A stretch of DNA of 64,000 nt from Hormiphora californensis (GCA_020137815.1 CM035358.1:6820001-6884000), one strand, 5' to 3'; shown: positions 38,261 through 56,154, numbered from the stretch's first letter. Notes: generated by a model not told the origin, from the letters alone. Numbers and translations are program-made.

Positions 38261-39732
38261 GAAAGTTCTTCGACAGTAATCAGCACTCCTGTTAACCCCA
38301 ATAGATGTATTATATTTGTCTTAGTTTTCTACCGTTTAACCCGTTCCTGCTTGTGCTATTAGACTGACTTAGATTCCGTAGACCGACGTGTTGTTCCCGA
38401 TCAAGTTGTATCTTCTTAGCTCCGTTCCAGATGGTTGGGCTTCTTTCCAGATAGTTTAGGAGAGGGTCTTATGCTACGTCTCCATGAGCTTAATTCCCTT
38501 AAAATATTTTCCCCTTACTTACCCATATGACATTGTCTCAAACTTACCCCTATGTACATTGTTTACCTACCTTACTCCGCAGGCCCTCCGGGCCCTCAGA
38601 CCAACAGGTCCGGGCTGGGGGATGGGATTTAAACCCTGGTTTACCACATGGGACCTTACGGCCCCTGGTGGGAGTGGTGCGTGTAGTGGACCGAGAAGAG
38701 TGAGAGAGAGAGACAGAGAGACAGGAGCCCGCAGGGTGAGAGGGAGAAAGAAGAGGGGAAGAGCGAGAAAGAAGGAAGAAGGAAAGGAAGAGGAGGAGGA
38801 GAGGGGAGGAGAGAGAAGAATTAAGGAGAAAAGAGGAAGGGAGGAAATAAGAGAGATAAGAGAGATATGCTTGCCTGGACACGTGATCTTCACTTTTACA
38901 TATAATGCTCAGCAGCGGACTCCAGCTTGCCAAGAAATAGAAAGGGAGAGAGGGGAATTAGGAGGAGTGGGGGACGGAGTGGAGACCGAGAGAGGGCCGA
39001 ACGGGGGAGGGAGAGGAAAGAGAGGGGAGGGGAGATATCCTAGGGACGGAGGTGCACGGCGAGGAAGGAGAGAGAGAGAGGAAGACAGAGAAGGAGGGGT
39101 CGACTGGAGTGAGGGGGGAGGAGGGAAGGAGATGAATGGAGACCAGGAGAGTGAGACGAGGAAAGGGGAGAATGAGAGGGAGGACCGGAGGACGGGATAG
39201 ATGAGTGAGAGAGGAAAGGAGGAGAGGAAGACGGAACGGGATGGGGGATCTGGGAGAAGGGATCGCAGATGAGAGGAGACGGACGAGACTCGAGTCTGAG
39301 GAGAGGAGGAAGGGAAGCGATGGAGGAGTAGGATGGAGTTAGAGAGAGCTGAGTGAACGAGGAGAAGCGAGATAGAGGAGAGTGGGGAGAGGGAGGAGGA
39401 GAGAGAGAGAGAGAGTGAGGAGGGAGAGATTGAGAGAGAGGGATGAGAGAGGAGGGAGAGAGGGGAGGAGAGAGGAGAGAGTGGAGGGAGAGGGAGGACG
39501 GAGACCCAGAGGAGAGGAAGAGGAGATGGAGAGGAGATGAGAGGATGGAGAGAGAGAGAGAAGGAGAGCATGAGAGCGAGAGTTAGAGAGCGAGAGAAGA
39601 GAGAGAGAGAGAGAGAGACTATATAGATTGATAGAGATGGACCACTATAATATGCTAGTCGCTGGTGAACTGCGGATATACTGCCAATTGCATGACGAGA
39701 TACGACCCTCGTGTACAGTTACTACAAGTTAC

Positions 39733-39841
39733 CAGGAACCGACCGGACCAAGTAAACAACCAATCAGAACTCGTTATTTAGGTCCCGTGACTGGTTATCA
39801 GCCAATCAGGGACCAGTATTTCCTGATTCGGTCGGTTACTA
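39733..39841 (+). mobile_element. 109-bp hAT-like MITE, copy 2
   Basis: Same sequence as 4961-5069. TSD CAAGTTAC on both sides. Confidence 0.9.
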
Positions 39842-40248
39842 CAAGTTACTAAATCACCCCATGATCTGTCTTCTTCTCCCCGTACTAGAAGTTACTACAC
39901 ATATCCCCCAACCCCCTCTTATCCTCGTGTATCACCGCCTCCCTCTATCAAGTATCATATATTGTGGTTTGTCACCGCCTTAAAAAGAATCAGAGTATAA
40001 CGAGGAAAAGAAAGGGTGGGGAACAACTCAGGGTCCTGACAGGGGTTACAGTTACACCAACTCGAGAATCAGTGAATCGGTCATGGGGGTTGGTTACACC
40101 AGAGCTGGTTCATTCTCGAGCTCTCGAGAATCAGCGAATAGATGTATACTGTACCTTGGGAAGACCTCGAGTGAGATAAAACTGATGTGAGATGACGTGT
40201 GCCACTGTCCCCATTCTATGTTGCATGAATGTTCACTACCGTACTTAG

Positions 40249-40344
40249 CAGTAACCGACCGAATCAGGAAATACTGGTCCCTGATTGGCTGATAACCAGT
40301 CACGTGACCTAAATAACGAGTTCTGATTGGTTGTTTACTTGCTG
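40249..40344 (-). mobile_element. hAT-like MITE, copy 3 (one TIR mostly deleted)
   Basis: Same core. TSD GTACTTAG at 40241-40248 and 40345-40352. Confidence 0.85.
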
Positions 40345-40734
40345 GTACTTAGTTTGCTAGTCATCAGAGACACGTCTAATGTATATCTATGTGTGAGAGG
40401 GAGTGAGAGAGAGAGACAGAGAGAGAGAGAAAGAGAGAGGAGAGGAGAGAGAGAGAGGAGAGAGAGAGGAGGACTGAATGACGATGGAAGAGAGAGAGGA
40501 GAGAAGAGAGAGAGAGAGAGGAGGGAGAGAGAGAGAGAGAAAGAGGGGAAGAGAGAGAGAGAGAGAGAGGGAAAGAGACCTTTGGTATTGCTCCTGCGGC
40601 TGCTACATTCAACATTTTCAAGGAAACGAACTATCATGCTAACCACATGAAAAAAGATAGAGTGAGGTGTGCTCTAGCAGTGTACTGATCTGTAAACTGA
40701 GATCGTGTAGATCGGAGAGATATATATTGAGATG

Positions 40735-40951
40735 TAGGGTAGCGACTGGCTATTTGAAATGGCGGCTAATTTGAAACAACCCCTCTACAGGCCAGCAGGT
40801 ACACCAGATTTGGATTTTTAGACATCAGTGGGCTTGGCATGAGTTCTGAATAGCCCACTGGTGTCTAAAAATCCAAATCTGGTGCACCTGCTGGCCTGTA
40901 GAAGGGGTGTTTTAATCTAGCCGCCATTTCAAATGGCCAGTCGCTACCCTA
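40735..40951. mobile_element. ~217-bp almost fully palindromic, TA-flanked MITE
   Basis: TAGGGTAGCGACTGGC...GCCAGTCGCTACCCTA. The arms pair for ~95 bp. Confidence 0.8.
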
Positions 40952-41247
40952 CCTAAAATAAAGGTTTACAATCAGTATTATATTCGAGGTTATCATATTA
41001 ACACCCCCACACCCTTCTTCCATTGGGGGGTGAGCTCTTAGTGAAGGAAGGTGATGGAGGGTGGATCTAGAAGGTTCCTTAAATATCCAGGCCAAGATAT
41101 AACCCTAGTCTCACTCAATATATATACCCATTACCCGGGATATACCCTAATCTACCTCTATACTTCTCTGTCCCCCCTGTACCTCTCCCCCTCTGTACCT
41201 CTATACTTCTCTGTCCCCCCCCCCTATAACGTCTTTTCCCCCTGCAG

Positions 41248-44579
<3,332 letters not shown>

Positions 44580-44848
44580 TGATGATGGGAGACACTTGAG
44601 TGATATATTACCTGTCACGTGATCTGCCTCTCTGGAACATCCGATATATCAGTCATCGCCCCACAAACATCTCGACCGGCGGGAGAGAGAGAAGATAGAT
44701 TGAGAGAGAGAGAGAGAAAGGAATCGCAAAACTCGAGCGTTGGAAAGTATTTTTCCATCGTGTGCTTTATCCAGCTCAACTATATCTTTGTGTTCTATGT
44801 GTATCATGTGTTATGAGTCACATTGTTTATGTGTTTGAGAAAGAGAGA

Positions 44849-44932
<84 letters not shown>

Positions 44933-45486
44933 GAGAGAGATGAATTTCTCACCGGTGATACTGAAAGTCAATTAAGCGCAGTATCGGTAACTGTCTTTTA
45001 ACTCTTTAATATCAGAACGGCCGTTTTTTTTATTTATGAAGATATATTGATTATATGTGATTGGAGAGTAATTGATAGAGAGAAAGGGATGACGAATCGT
45101 ATTGGGAGAGAACGAGAGAGATAGAGAGATAGAGAGACACACTTTTTGCACACATTTGTTACACTAAATTTATCCCACAGGGGGGGAACACTCCACGTCA
45201 CACAATGTGTGACAAAAGCAATGGGGCGCAGCCCCTTTTTTGAGAGAAACAGAGATATACTGAGTGAGTTGTTTTTGTTTTTGTTTGTTGTCGATACACG
45301 TGAGAGAGAGAAACACTTGAGAGAGAGATATATATCGACATATTCATGTGTCATTTTACACAGACTTCTTCACGATAACATTTGACCCGATATATGATCT
45401 CTCGTGTAGCACGTTTTTTTGGGATGTTTTTTGTTTGTGTGTGTGTGAGCCGGGGTAAAACACTCAGTGAAATAATATATATACAG

Positions 45487-45595
45487 CAAGAACCGACCGA
45501 ATCAGGAAATACTGGTCCCTGATTGGCTGATAACCAGTCACGTGACCTAAATAACGAGTTCTTATTGGTTGTTTACTTGATTCGGTCGGTTCCTG
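45487..45595 (-). mobile_element. hAT-like MITE, copy 4
   Basis: Full-length match. Degenerate TSD ATATACAG/ATATTTAG. Confidence 0.85.
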
Positions 45596-46581
45596 ATATT
45601 TAGAGAGAGAGATCGCAAGTAATTGCTTTATAACACGCCAAGATTAATTGAATCAGTATATGTAATTATATATATATAATTTTTGGTGCACGAATACATA
45701 GAATCACTACACACTGCACACATTTATTACGTGTTTTAAACGAGGTCTGAGAGAGATAGAGATATTTTTGTCAATGTTTTGATTAACTTATTACAGTTGT
45801 CTTCCATATAATAATGATTATATATACAAATATATATATTATATCGTGTCGAGAGCACGTTTATATTGTCCCAGTCACCCCGCATGCACGAGTCATATGA
45901 TTTGATACATTAAGTCACATTACGCCCCCCTGTGTACATCCTTTCCAAATCGCAACTCTGTGATTATGCACACTTAAGACCTGCATTTACGGCTGGTTTT
46001 ATGAAGGAGTATTACCGTGCTCCTTCATAAAGATAACCAATTGTGCATTTTAAATTACTGCTTTTTCAGAAGGATGGATACACTAGGGATGTGTAATAGT
46101 AATATTATATAACGGCTTATAGAAGATTGCTATGCAATGATTAATGTTTTTTTCAAGGTTACATTTTGACTTTTTATTGACACACAGCTATTGCACACAC
46201 TTGTCACACATTATATCATTTTACGCCTACAATTCTGCCTTGAGAATTTTGTTCGCGTACCACTTTTTTACAAAAAATAACTTATTATGACGTTTTGTCA
46301 CACACATATTGTCCCATGATAAATTCTGTGACCAGTTGCAGTGTTTGTAGAGATTGTGTGGGACCAGGATGATATATATCGGTACTTTATTTCTCCCTTA
46401 CTTTTTGTGAGGCCTGTACCTACTCTCCAGCTCCCACAATCTCTCAATCACTGGACTCCCACAGGATCAGATATCACCTTGAATCGCTAAGCAAATCTCT
46501 CTTTGTGTCTCACACAACTACTACGATAATTAATGTCAGTGTGTGTATATTTGCGAGAGTGAAAGAGAGAGAGAGTCGAGT

Positions 46582-46629
<48 letters not shown>

Positions 46630-47096
46630 GAGAGGAAGAGAGAGAATGGCACATTGATACAAGTACTATATCTGTCTCTCCGATGTGTTTATGGAGCTCG
46701 CTTGAACACGTATTTTGCACATAATATGTACTATTGGTAACATAACCGTCGCAAAGTTATTTGCGTCATTGAGTACCCACTTGATCATATATCCATATAT
46801 GGTCACACCCATATATGGTCATATCATGGTTTAGTTTGTTTTTACATAGCACACGTATTTTTGTTTTGTTGTATTAATATATATAGGGGGTAAGTTTGTA
46901 GTTACATAATAATATATTATAACGATATAGATTTACATCTATATTTTTATCAAGTCTCGTTGCGCACAGACATATGTCACGTCATATATGATATAATCAA
47001 TATATATATATATATAATTATTATTGTCATTTAAAGTAATTTATAGCTTTGTCCCGTATATTGCACACAAACTTAGTTTTTTATACTACACGAGAT

Positions 47097-47142
<46 letters not shown>

Positions 47143-47427
47143 AGAATGAGAGAGATTGTGTGAGAATGAATGAGAGATTATTTGTAGCATTGTAATAATG
47201 ATTTGTCACAACGTTTGTCACACTTTTTTGAGCACTTTTTTGATGATTTGATATGGTTGACCATAGTTATACATGTATAATTAATACTTTACAGATATGA
47301 TTATTTTGATTCACAGTTGATTAATATATAACACAGTTGAGCTCCCTTTGTCCCAGCCCCTTAGGGTCCCTAACTTCCCAAATCCCCACTGGCCAATTGG
47401 CCATGATATTAGTGTTTCATATATGAG

Positions 47428-48101
47428 GCATAAACTCTGGCCACTGGCGCGTTATTTCAGATAACTTTCTCCCAGCGCGCCGCTGGGAGAAGTTAGCTGG
47501 AGTTTATCCGCCGCTGGCGGATAAACTGGTTTAAATCACGACGACGATCCCGAGGCGGAGCCGAGGGAGAGGCGGAGTGGTTTAAACCTATAACGTGCCA
47601 GTGGTCAGAGTTTATGGGTTATATACCCTGCTTTAGTTGTTTATTTCAAGTATTACACACCAACAAGAGAGAGAACACTAATCAAAACACACAAAGAGAA
47701 CTGAGAAATAGTTAAAAACACGTCACAATTGAGTGTACACTGTTTGGTAACAGTTACTAAGCAGTTGCTAAGGAAAGAGAGTGAAAGAAATAGCCTGATA
47801 AGGGGCATGTCACAAATAACACAGAGAAAGAGATAGTGAGACAAAAGGGGAGATAAAGAGAGAGTAATTGACGGAATGTGTCCTTTCTTTCTCTCCAATG
47901 TAGTGTGTAAGTGTTGCACATAGTGTTCCCTCTGTATTTTAGTAAGAACTGATCATTTACACACACTTTGAATGTTACGTAGGAGTTAAAAATAAATAAC
48001 CTGCCAGTGGGAAATAATCTGCCGCTGGACTGGCTGTTTACTGAGAGCGCGCTAGTGGGACTTCTCGCCACTGGCACATTATTTAAGTTAGCAGGGTATA
48101 T
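47428..48101. mobile_element. Multi-hairpin repeat of unknown class
   Basis: IR TAAACTCTGGCCACTGGC/GCCAGTGGTCAGAGTTTA encloses two hairpins and CCGAGGCGGAGCCGAGG. A second IR TATATACCCTGCT/AGCAGGGTATATA spans ~47620-48102. Confidence 0.5.
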
Positions 48102-48135
48102 ATGTTCTAAAACATTAGGATCTTGCTATTTTAGG

Positions 48136-48244
48136 CAGGAACCGACCGAATCAGGAAATACTGGTCCCTGATTGGCTGATAACCAGTCACGTGACCTAAA
48201 TAACGAGTTCTGATTGGTTGTTTACTTGTTTCGGTCGGTTGCTA
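48136..48244 (-). mobile_element. hAT-like MITE, copy 5
   Basis: Full-length match to the family; TSD decayed. Confidence 0.85.
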
Positions 48245-48632
48245 TGTTAAGTAGAACAATTTTGTACTGACGTACTCCGAGATCCCATTATGTATGGAGG
48301 GGGTTGTATAGAAAAATGACCAGCTCAAAAATTACCATCGGTTACATAAATTGGAAGGATGTCCAGATGAGTGTACTTTTAAAAACAAAGAACAGGTCTA
48401 ACCTCAGTTCTATAACTGAACATATATATATGGCTAATATATCTCTGAAGAGAAAGATCTGTAATATACAGATCTGTAGCATCTTGCTACCAATCTAGTT
48501 CACCCAGTAGCCTGACGGGAGCCTTGCCAAATTGTCCACTGAAATACTAGTCAGCCCCTTAGTGATAGTATCATGAGACATGAATGGCCCTAAGGGGGGT
48601 CCCAAATATTAAATATCTATCCAGTAGTAGAT

Positions 48633-48892
48633 GGCCCTAAGAGGGGCTTCAAATATATCTATCTGGTAGTAGGGTGGCCCTAAGAGGGGCTTCAAATATA
48701 TCTATCTGGTAGTAGGGTGGCCCTAAGAGGGGCTTCAAATATATCTATCTGGTAGTAGGTGGCCCTAAGAGGGGCTTCAAATATATCTATCTGGTAGTAG
48801 GGTGGCCCTAAGAGGGGCTTCAAATATATCTATCTGGTAGTAGGGTGGCCCTAAGAGGGGCTTCAAATATATCTATCTGGTAGTGGCCCTAG
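48633..48892. repeat. 43-bp minisatellite (GGCCCTAAGAGGGGCTTCAAATATATCTATCTGGTAGTAGGGT)n, ~6 copies
   Basis: Directly visible tandem units. Confidence 0.92.
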
Positions 48893-49282
48893 GGGGCGGT
48901 AATAGGGAGCTCACGTTTACACAGAGATCTTGTCACACAATGTCCCGAGAAATATATCAGACCATTCTCTCCAATCAACTCCCCCTTTCTTTCGTATTAT
49001 GTTAACGGAACTTATCTTTCTATCTAAGAATGAATCCTGTAAACCGAGGGAATGGGTGAGCGATGGGGAGTGGTCTTAATATTCTCACTTTATCCGTGAA
49101 AGGATAGAACCCCGATTAATACAGAGAGAAAGAGAGAAAGGATGAGAGAAAGATATTTAAGTGTGTATCTTACTAAGTGTCGGTCATCAATAATAAACTG
49201 TTTCGGGCCCTTCCTTCAGATAGAGAGAGAGAGATATAGAGACTAGAGATAGAGAGGGAGAGAGATAGAGAGGAGGGAGAGT

Positions 49283-49370
<88 letters not shown>

Positions 49371-50661
49371 TAGAAACTAGAGATAGAAACTAGAGATAGA
49401 AACTAGATATAGAGACTAGAAACTAGAGAAATATATACTAGAAATAGGACTACAATTGAGAGGAGGAAGGAAGGGGCCCAAACTAAGTTGTTTGACCTGG
49501 TTTGTTTTCATGTTGCTCAAAAGAGAGATCTTTTTTCTTGCACAGGGAATTTATACACATATCACCTTTCATTCACGCACACATACGTACCCGGAAATAG
49601 AAATCTACGGTGTGTTTGGTCAGGAAAAGGGTGCTAAATCCTGTATCCTGATCTCTCACCATCGTTGATCTATGACTGGTCTATCTATATTATATATTCC
49701 GATATTTAATATGGGAGGTTTCAGATATACATATATGTCAGGGGATAGTGTGCCCTTTTTAGTATTTTTGGGAATATATGCTGTCACATTGGCCAATTGT
49801 TATACATTGATCTAAGCGAGACGATACAGAAACGAGATTTTTTGACAGAATATAACGAGAGAGATAGTATACACACACAGTTACGTGATTTTGCTGTCTA
49901 TGATTCATTCATAATTTGGCTGTCGTGTTCGAAAAGAAAACTTTGTTTGATTTTGTTTCATTGGAGAACTGAGGTCGGAGCTACTCGAGTCTGTAGCGGG
50001 TTTGGGACCCCGAACCACCCTTTTTGGGGTTGACTTGGTGGCACGCGCGACCTCCTCCCTGAGTGAAGAGGATCACATTGCGGCGCGCGCAAGGCGCTCT
50101 TTGTGGACCACACGCCGCGCATAGTCTGGAACATGTCCAACTTTGTAGCATTTTCCCAAGTGGTCAATTAAATAGGGGACCATATATCTGGGCGTGTCGG
50201 TGTGGCGCCTTTTGGGAAAAGGAACCGACAAATACACAGGCAGAACGTGTATCGTGTCGCTAAACAATGGGTGTTCACGGTTGATTGCGGGAGACCCGGA
50301 GACTTCTCTGCGAAAAGTATCATTCTGAAAGTGAATGCAAACGTTTCTCTGATAACTGTTAATTGACCGGGAGAGTTTGCATCCCAGACTCAGTCAGCTT
50401 CCTTAAATCAAATTATTGATGAAAATTTGTTGGAACGCGCGAAATTATTTATTATTGTTTGTTACATTGTGTCGCGCTATATTTGTCGACATACATCGCG
50501 CGCGACAAACGTAACAAGTTTGGCGCGCTCAGCCCAGCTGAGATTTTTGTTCAGATTTTAAATTCCGTCTGTTTCGATCTCATTCGCGTCGTTTAAATTC
50601 CCGCCTGTCATCAGCTCCGTGATTAACATCTTCAGAAATTCACCACGGTGGTGTTGGTAAT

Positions 50662-52237
50662 ATGATCTTTCGATCTTTCTTGTCGAGAAGTAGGGGCCTG
50701 TTGACGCGGTCCCTCGCATCCACCGCAGCGCCTGTGATCACCGTTCAGCTGCCAAAAGTCGAGGATTCCCGGTCATTTGTTATTACTTCAAACCTACGAA
50801 ACTTAAAAGATTTACAAGATGCGATAGTTCTCGAGGACCCTTCCGTTCAATCTGTTAACGCTCTCAGTTCAGAAGGTACCATTTTCCAGCCGTCTATTTT
50901 CTATTTTTTTAATTTCTTCTCTAACTTGTGTGACACCTCCCATTTTTCCAGGCGTTTTATTTTCTAAGAGCACCCCCTTGTCATATCTTCTTCAAAGTGG
51001 TTTTACTCTTGAGATTCTCGACGAGCACTTATCAAAGCACAGCGTGGGTGTTGAAGCCACCGATGTAGCGTTCTCAGATGCCCACGAAGTGACAGATAAA
51101 ATAAAGGTGAAATATAATCCCAAAATCACATTTCTGTTTCGAGATTTAAAGATTTGTATTTCTTATTATACATTTGAAAATCCTCTCAGAATCTGGCAGC
51201 ATCGCTTGAAATTGTGGAGAACAAAATTGCGATTCAGGAAAACCTGCGGTCAAAGCTTGAGAAACTGGAGGACCAATTTACACCACTAGAACAGACTAGA
51301 TTGGTAGGTAGATTTTATATATTTCTCTACTCCGGATATCTTACTGCTAGCAGCTAGACCACTCTGTCCACTTCTATCTTCCTGGAAGCTCTCTTTAATT
51401 TTCTTTTTCTTCTCCACTCTTTCTTTGTCTCTCCCTCCCCTCTCTCTCTCCGATCTTCCAACCCATTTATGTATACTGCAGCCTACTGCTATAATTAACA
51501 TTTTTTCTTTCTTTCCCTTTTTCACTCTTTCTCTCCCAGAAACTACAGCGAAGCTCAGCGTTTCGAACTAATGCCGTTGTATGGGGTGGCCTCTTTGTTA
51601 TGGGTGGACAGTTTGGGTTCCTTGCAAGATTGGTGTGGTGGGACTATTCTTGGGATATTATGGAACCTGTAAGTAGAGAGCTATTTTTAGATACATAATG
51701 TGTGGTCTTTAGTAGTTAATTCATTTTAGAGCTAGGCGTGTCTGACAATTTCTCTGTTTCTTCCCTCACTTTCTCTCCTTCTATCTCTCTCTCTCTCTCC
51801 TTCCATCTATCTCTCTCTCATCGCATTTAAATTCCATTTTAACTTTAATAAGAAGCGCTTTGTATCGCTAAGAATATGATAATCGTAACACTATTAATCG
51901 CTAATAAAACTTCTCTCTCGATTTATTGATCTCAAATCCTCTCTCACTTTTTATTAAATTCAAGTTCTCAACTCTTCTAAGCTGTCCTACCCCCTTCCAG
52001 GTTACCTACTTTGTCACATACGGTACAGCCATTGTAATGTATTCCTACTTCGTCTGTGTCCGAAGCGACTACAACTTCGACTCAGCCCGAGAGAGATGGA
52101 ACCTCAGAACTTTCCACAAGATTTCTCGACGAAACGGCTTCGATCACGACAAGTATAACAGTATTGTCGACCAAATGAAAGAAATTGAGGCGAATATGAC
52201 GCAATTGGAAAACTGTTGGTGCACTTCTCAATGTTAA
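50662..52237 (+). CDS. MCU: Mitochondrial calcium uniporter, 282 aa. Exons 50662-50875, 50952-51106, 51190-51303, 51540-51668, 52001-52237.
   Basis: Arg/Ser-rich mitochondrial presequence, N-terminal domain, coiled coil, TM1 ([23 protein letters not shown]), selectivity filter WDIMEP|[10 protein letters not shown]2 and C-terminal coiled coil. All introns are GT-AG and in phase. Confidence 0.96.
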
Positions 52238-53275
52238 GAAAGATACCAATACAATGTGAGAGAGAGGAATATGAATATATTGGGAGAACACAACTGGTTC
52301 ATTGGGTAAAGAGAACATTGAATAGGGGAGGAAGAATGTCACACACTGAATGGGAGTCTCTGTGTTAGTCTGTGTTAGTCTCTGTGTTAGAGAGATGTGT
52401 GTGTAACTGTAAATATTTTGGGTGAGTACCTATTTAAGTCTGACTATCATCACGGCTGATTGATTTTAGTAAACTTTGCAGCAGTGTACATATATTAGAG
52501 AAGGGATGTGCTCCTGTTATTGTCATTAGTTGTGAGAATGGGGGAGAAACATGTGAGACAGATGAATGATTATATATTGCCGATTGTTGATATATCAGAA
52601 CTGGTTAATGAGAGAAGTCATATTATTATCATTGGGTCAGGATATTATAATTATGAACAATATTGTAGTTACTACTGAGGTATTATTATAATAATTATTA
52701 TGGTATAGAGATGCTCATTTAATTGCACCTTGTAAAGAGAGATACTAGAACAGTTGGGTGCGGGGTGCTCTCTATTTCTTCCTCGTTCCCTCTTTCTCTC
52801 CCTCTCTCCTCCTGATTCCCTCCCAGCTCCTCGCGTCCTATCCGATGAAAGGGGGTACCCCGTACTCAACAACCCGGGTTTAATTTTGTACATAGAAAGA
52901 CACTTATTATACCGCACAGCTACTATTATACACTTCTGACTACTTCAAGCTGTTTCGAGATGAATTATATTATTGCACATACATAGCTCTGTATACAATA
53001 TTATATGATGTAAGAGTTTTTATTTTCAATAAAATTACCGTGTTCTCGTTTTCATCTTATTTTGATACCCCAGTTTTTGACCCAACCCCCTCCCAATTTT
53101 GACCTTTTACTCTCCAAAATCCCTCCATTCTCGAACCTTCCATAATTACTTGTACTCTTAGATCCTTCATAGATTAATAAATATACTATTCACATGCCTG
53201 TTTCATTCAGCGATTAACATTTCATGTGTCTCCCATTGGATATGATTTGCACACACCCTCTTTCTTTCTCTCTCC

Positions 53276-53386
<111 letters not shown>

Positions 53387-54709
53387 ATTTTCCTAGTCAT
53401 TGATGACAGTTGTCCAGGAGAGGAGAGATTGAAGCCTCAAGAATTCATACAACACACACACTTCTCTTTGTTTTCTCCAGCTATTGTTCCCCTCTGTAGT
53501 ATCATGTACTACAATCTCTGAACTTTGATTGTGTATTTGCTTCATCATTCATGTTTGGTGTTCTCGCATCGTTATTTTATTTCATAATTCGGTTTGGTAG
53601 ATCAATTAGTATGGTCATCTGATAGTTTGATATTAGGTTATGATATCTAGTGGACATTGATAACGAAGATAGTTCATGATCTTGGGATCTTGTCGGTTGT
53701 CCTCAGCTCACTCTCACCATATAATCTTATAATCCCTTGCTCATAGTGTATTATTGTGTTATTCTTTCCCATCATGGTGGGATCACTATTGGCCTAACTA
53801 TCCTAGCATGTTTGATTTTGGACCTGTGTCACATCTGCCCTCAGATATATTATTTTACTATCATATAGAATGAGTCTGGGTTTCGCAGCTCGCTTTGTTT
53901 GAATGTTATATCTCTCATGCTGTCACAGCTTACAACATGTTAATATATGCGTTCTTGTGTGCATCTATTTATGTCGCATTTTTACTCTACCTCACATACA
54001 CAAGAGTGAACAAAATAGTGAACTCGCATCGCTCCCCCCTATATTCGGCACACTAGCTTGTCGTGTTAGTAATCGAGTTAGGTGTATTTACCAATCAGAC
54101 TCTATCGTGCTTGGCACACTGCTACAGACAGCACAAACACGGCTAGTTGGTAGCCGCACACAACAAACAAATAAAAAACATTGTTCAGACAAACAAACAC
54201 GTTATCGACCCGTAACATAAACAATCCCCACATACGCGTGTGTCCTGGTAAAAAGTAGTTGTTATAACTGACGCTGCCCATAGCATAGGTTACTTAGAAT
54301 TGGAGAGAGATTGAGAGTGATGGAGAGAAATGGAAAGGAGAGAGTGATGGAGAGATAATGCAGTAGTAAAAGAAAGGAGCTAAGTGCCAGACAGCTAACA
54401 GCTAATTAAACACTAAACGCACGGTTAAAAGCGAGTTTCCGCTCTGGAAACCCGCCCTGAACCGCGGCTAACTCTGGAAACACTTTCTCAGTTCTGAACC
54501 GCGGCTCACTCATACGAGTGCCACTAACATATCCTAGCGGGTAGGCGGATCATCTAGGTTATATTTATTGGACAGTGCAGTTATATTGGCAAGCCTAATG
54601 GAGATTATAGTAGAAGAGATGTAATTTATAATTAGAATTGGGTAAAAATAGTGCATGCTTTACATATTTTTGTGTGGGAAAAGAGACATTTAGAGAAAAA
54701 GAAAAGTGA

Positions 54710-54764
<55 letters not shown>

Positions 54765-54906
54765 GAATCTGTGTTCAGTTTAGAAGACGCCAGCGGCCAG
54801 AAATAATGTCCTATCACACACACATGCGTTTGTATGGCCAACAACTGAGATTGCATATCCGGCTTCTCCCTTTCTTTCTTTCTCTCACTCTCTCTCTCTC
54901 CCTCTT

Positions 54907-54976
<70 letters not shown>

Positions 54977-55264
54977 TTCTAACTATCTCCCGCTAACTCT
55001 CTCCCCCTAATTCTCCAAATATCATGTCTAATTTTTGTTTTCCTTATTGTACCCTCTCTCTCACACACTCATGTACACGCCCCTTACACACTGCACACAT
55101 AACACACACACACACACACACAATCAAGATGCTTCTTTTCCTATTTCTTCTCCTTCTCCTAAAACCGACCAAACACCCCCTGAATCCCCCACTACCACTG
55201 CTGCACAAGTAGCCGCACCCAATTCTGATATATCCCATGTTTCCTCCTACAGTGAACTCCTTAT

Positions 55265-55316
55265 ATGGCTGACGAGTGGCAACCTGTGACGTTTACCCAC
55301 GTCGAATATCCAAAAG
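55265..55316 (+). CDS. Possible first coding exon (MADEWQPVTFTHVEYPK) of an unidentified gene
   Basis: Acceptor TCCTACAG just upstream, an ATG and donor AAG|GTAACT. No downstream exon identified. Confidence 0.25.
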
Positions 55317-56093
55317 GTAACTATATATCTTACAGCTTATATAATCGAGTCGAGTTTCCTACATGGTTAGTGAGAGAAACATTTCGAACCTTTATTTTGC
55401 TTTCAGAACACCGCGCCCTACCATGCACAAACTTTCCAGCCATTTTGATAACTATTGTTTTAAAAGTGGCTGTAGTAGGTAGTAAAGGGTTTTAAAACAA
55501 CGAGCTGAAAGGTATCATAGCTGAAAGGTGGTGACAAGCATATAAACTGTCTCAAAGTATCACGTTTTCTTTCATTGTTTGAGGGTTTGTCTGTGTGTCT
55601 GACCTAAGTAGCGTCTGTCTGTACGTCTATAGATCTGTATCTAGCTCTGTCTGCTAATTTTCAAGATTGTGACCCCTAACGAGTCGAGAATATGCTGACT
55701 AGGATGGGAAATTGAAGACCTATGCTATGTATTTGTCTACTTTCGCTCTCTACCACCCCCCCCCCCCCTCTCTCTCTCACTCTATCCATCTATCTATATC
55801 TCTCGTGGCCCTTACTAAGATAGAGATTCTGACTACAATCTTAGCACAGAGTCATTGTTTTAAAAAACCGAACTCATGGGTGCACACAAAAAAGACAGCG
55901 CGCGAGGGAGGAGCGGAAGAAAGAGAGAACAGCGAGCCGAGCAAAGAGGCATGAGCAAAGGGAAACCGAGGAGAGGAGAGAGAGAAGGAGCGGAGGAGCG
56001 AGCTGAGTAGAGCTTGCAGAGAGAGAGTAACTGGAGTTGATCTCGATTACTTAATAAGGGATCGCTAGCTACTCTCTAGCGATATATCATCTC

Positions 56094-56154
<61 letters not shown>

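Noticed and set aside
38484-39571. 238-aa and 220-aa ORFs
   Set aside because: Derived from degenerate GA/CT-rich sequence.
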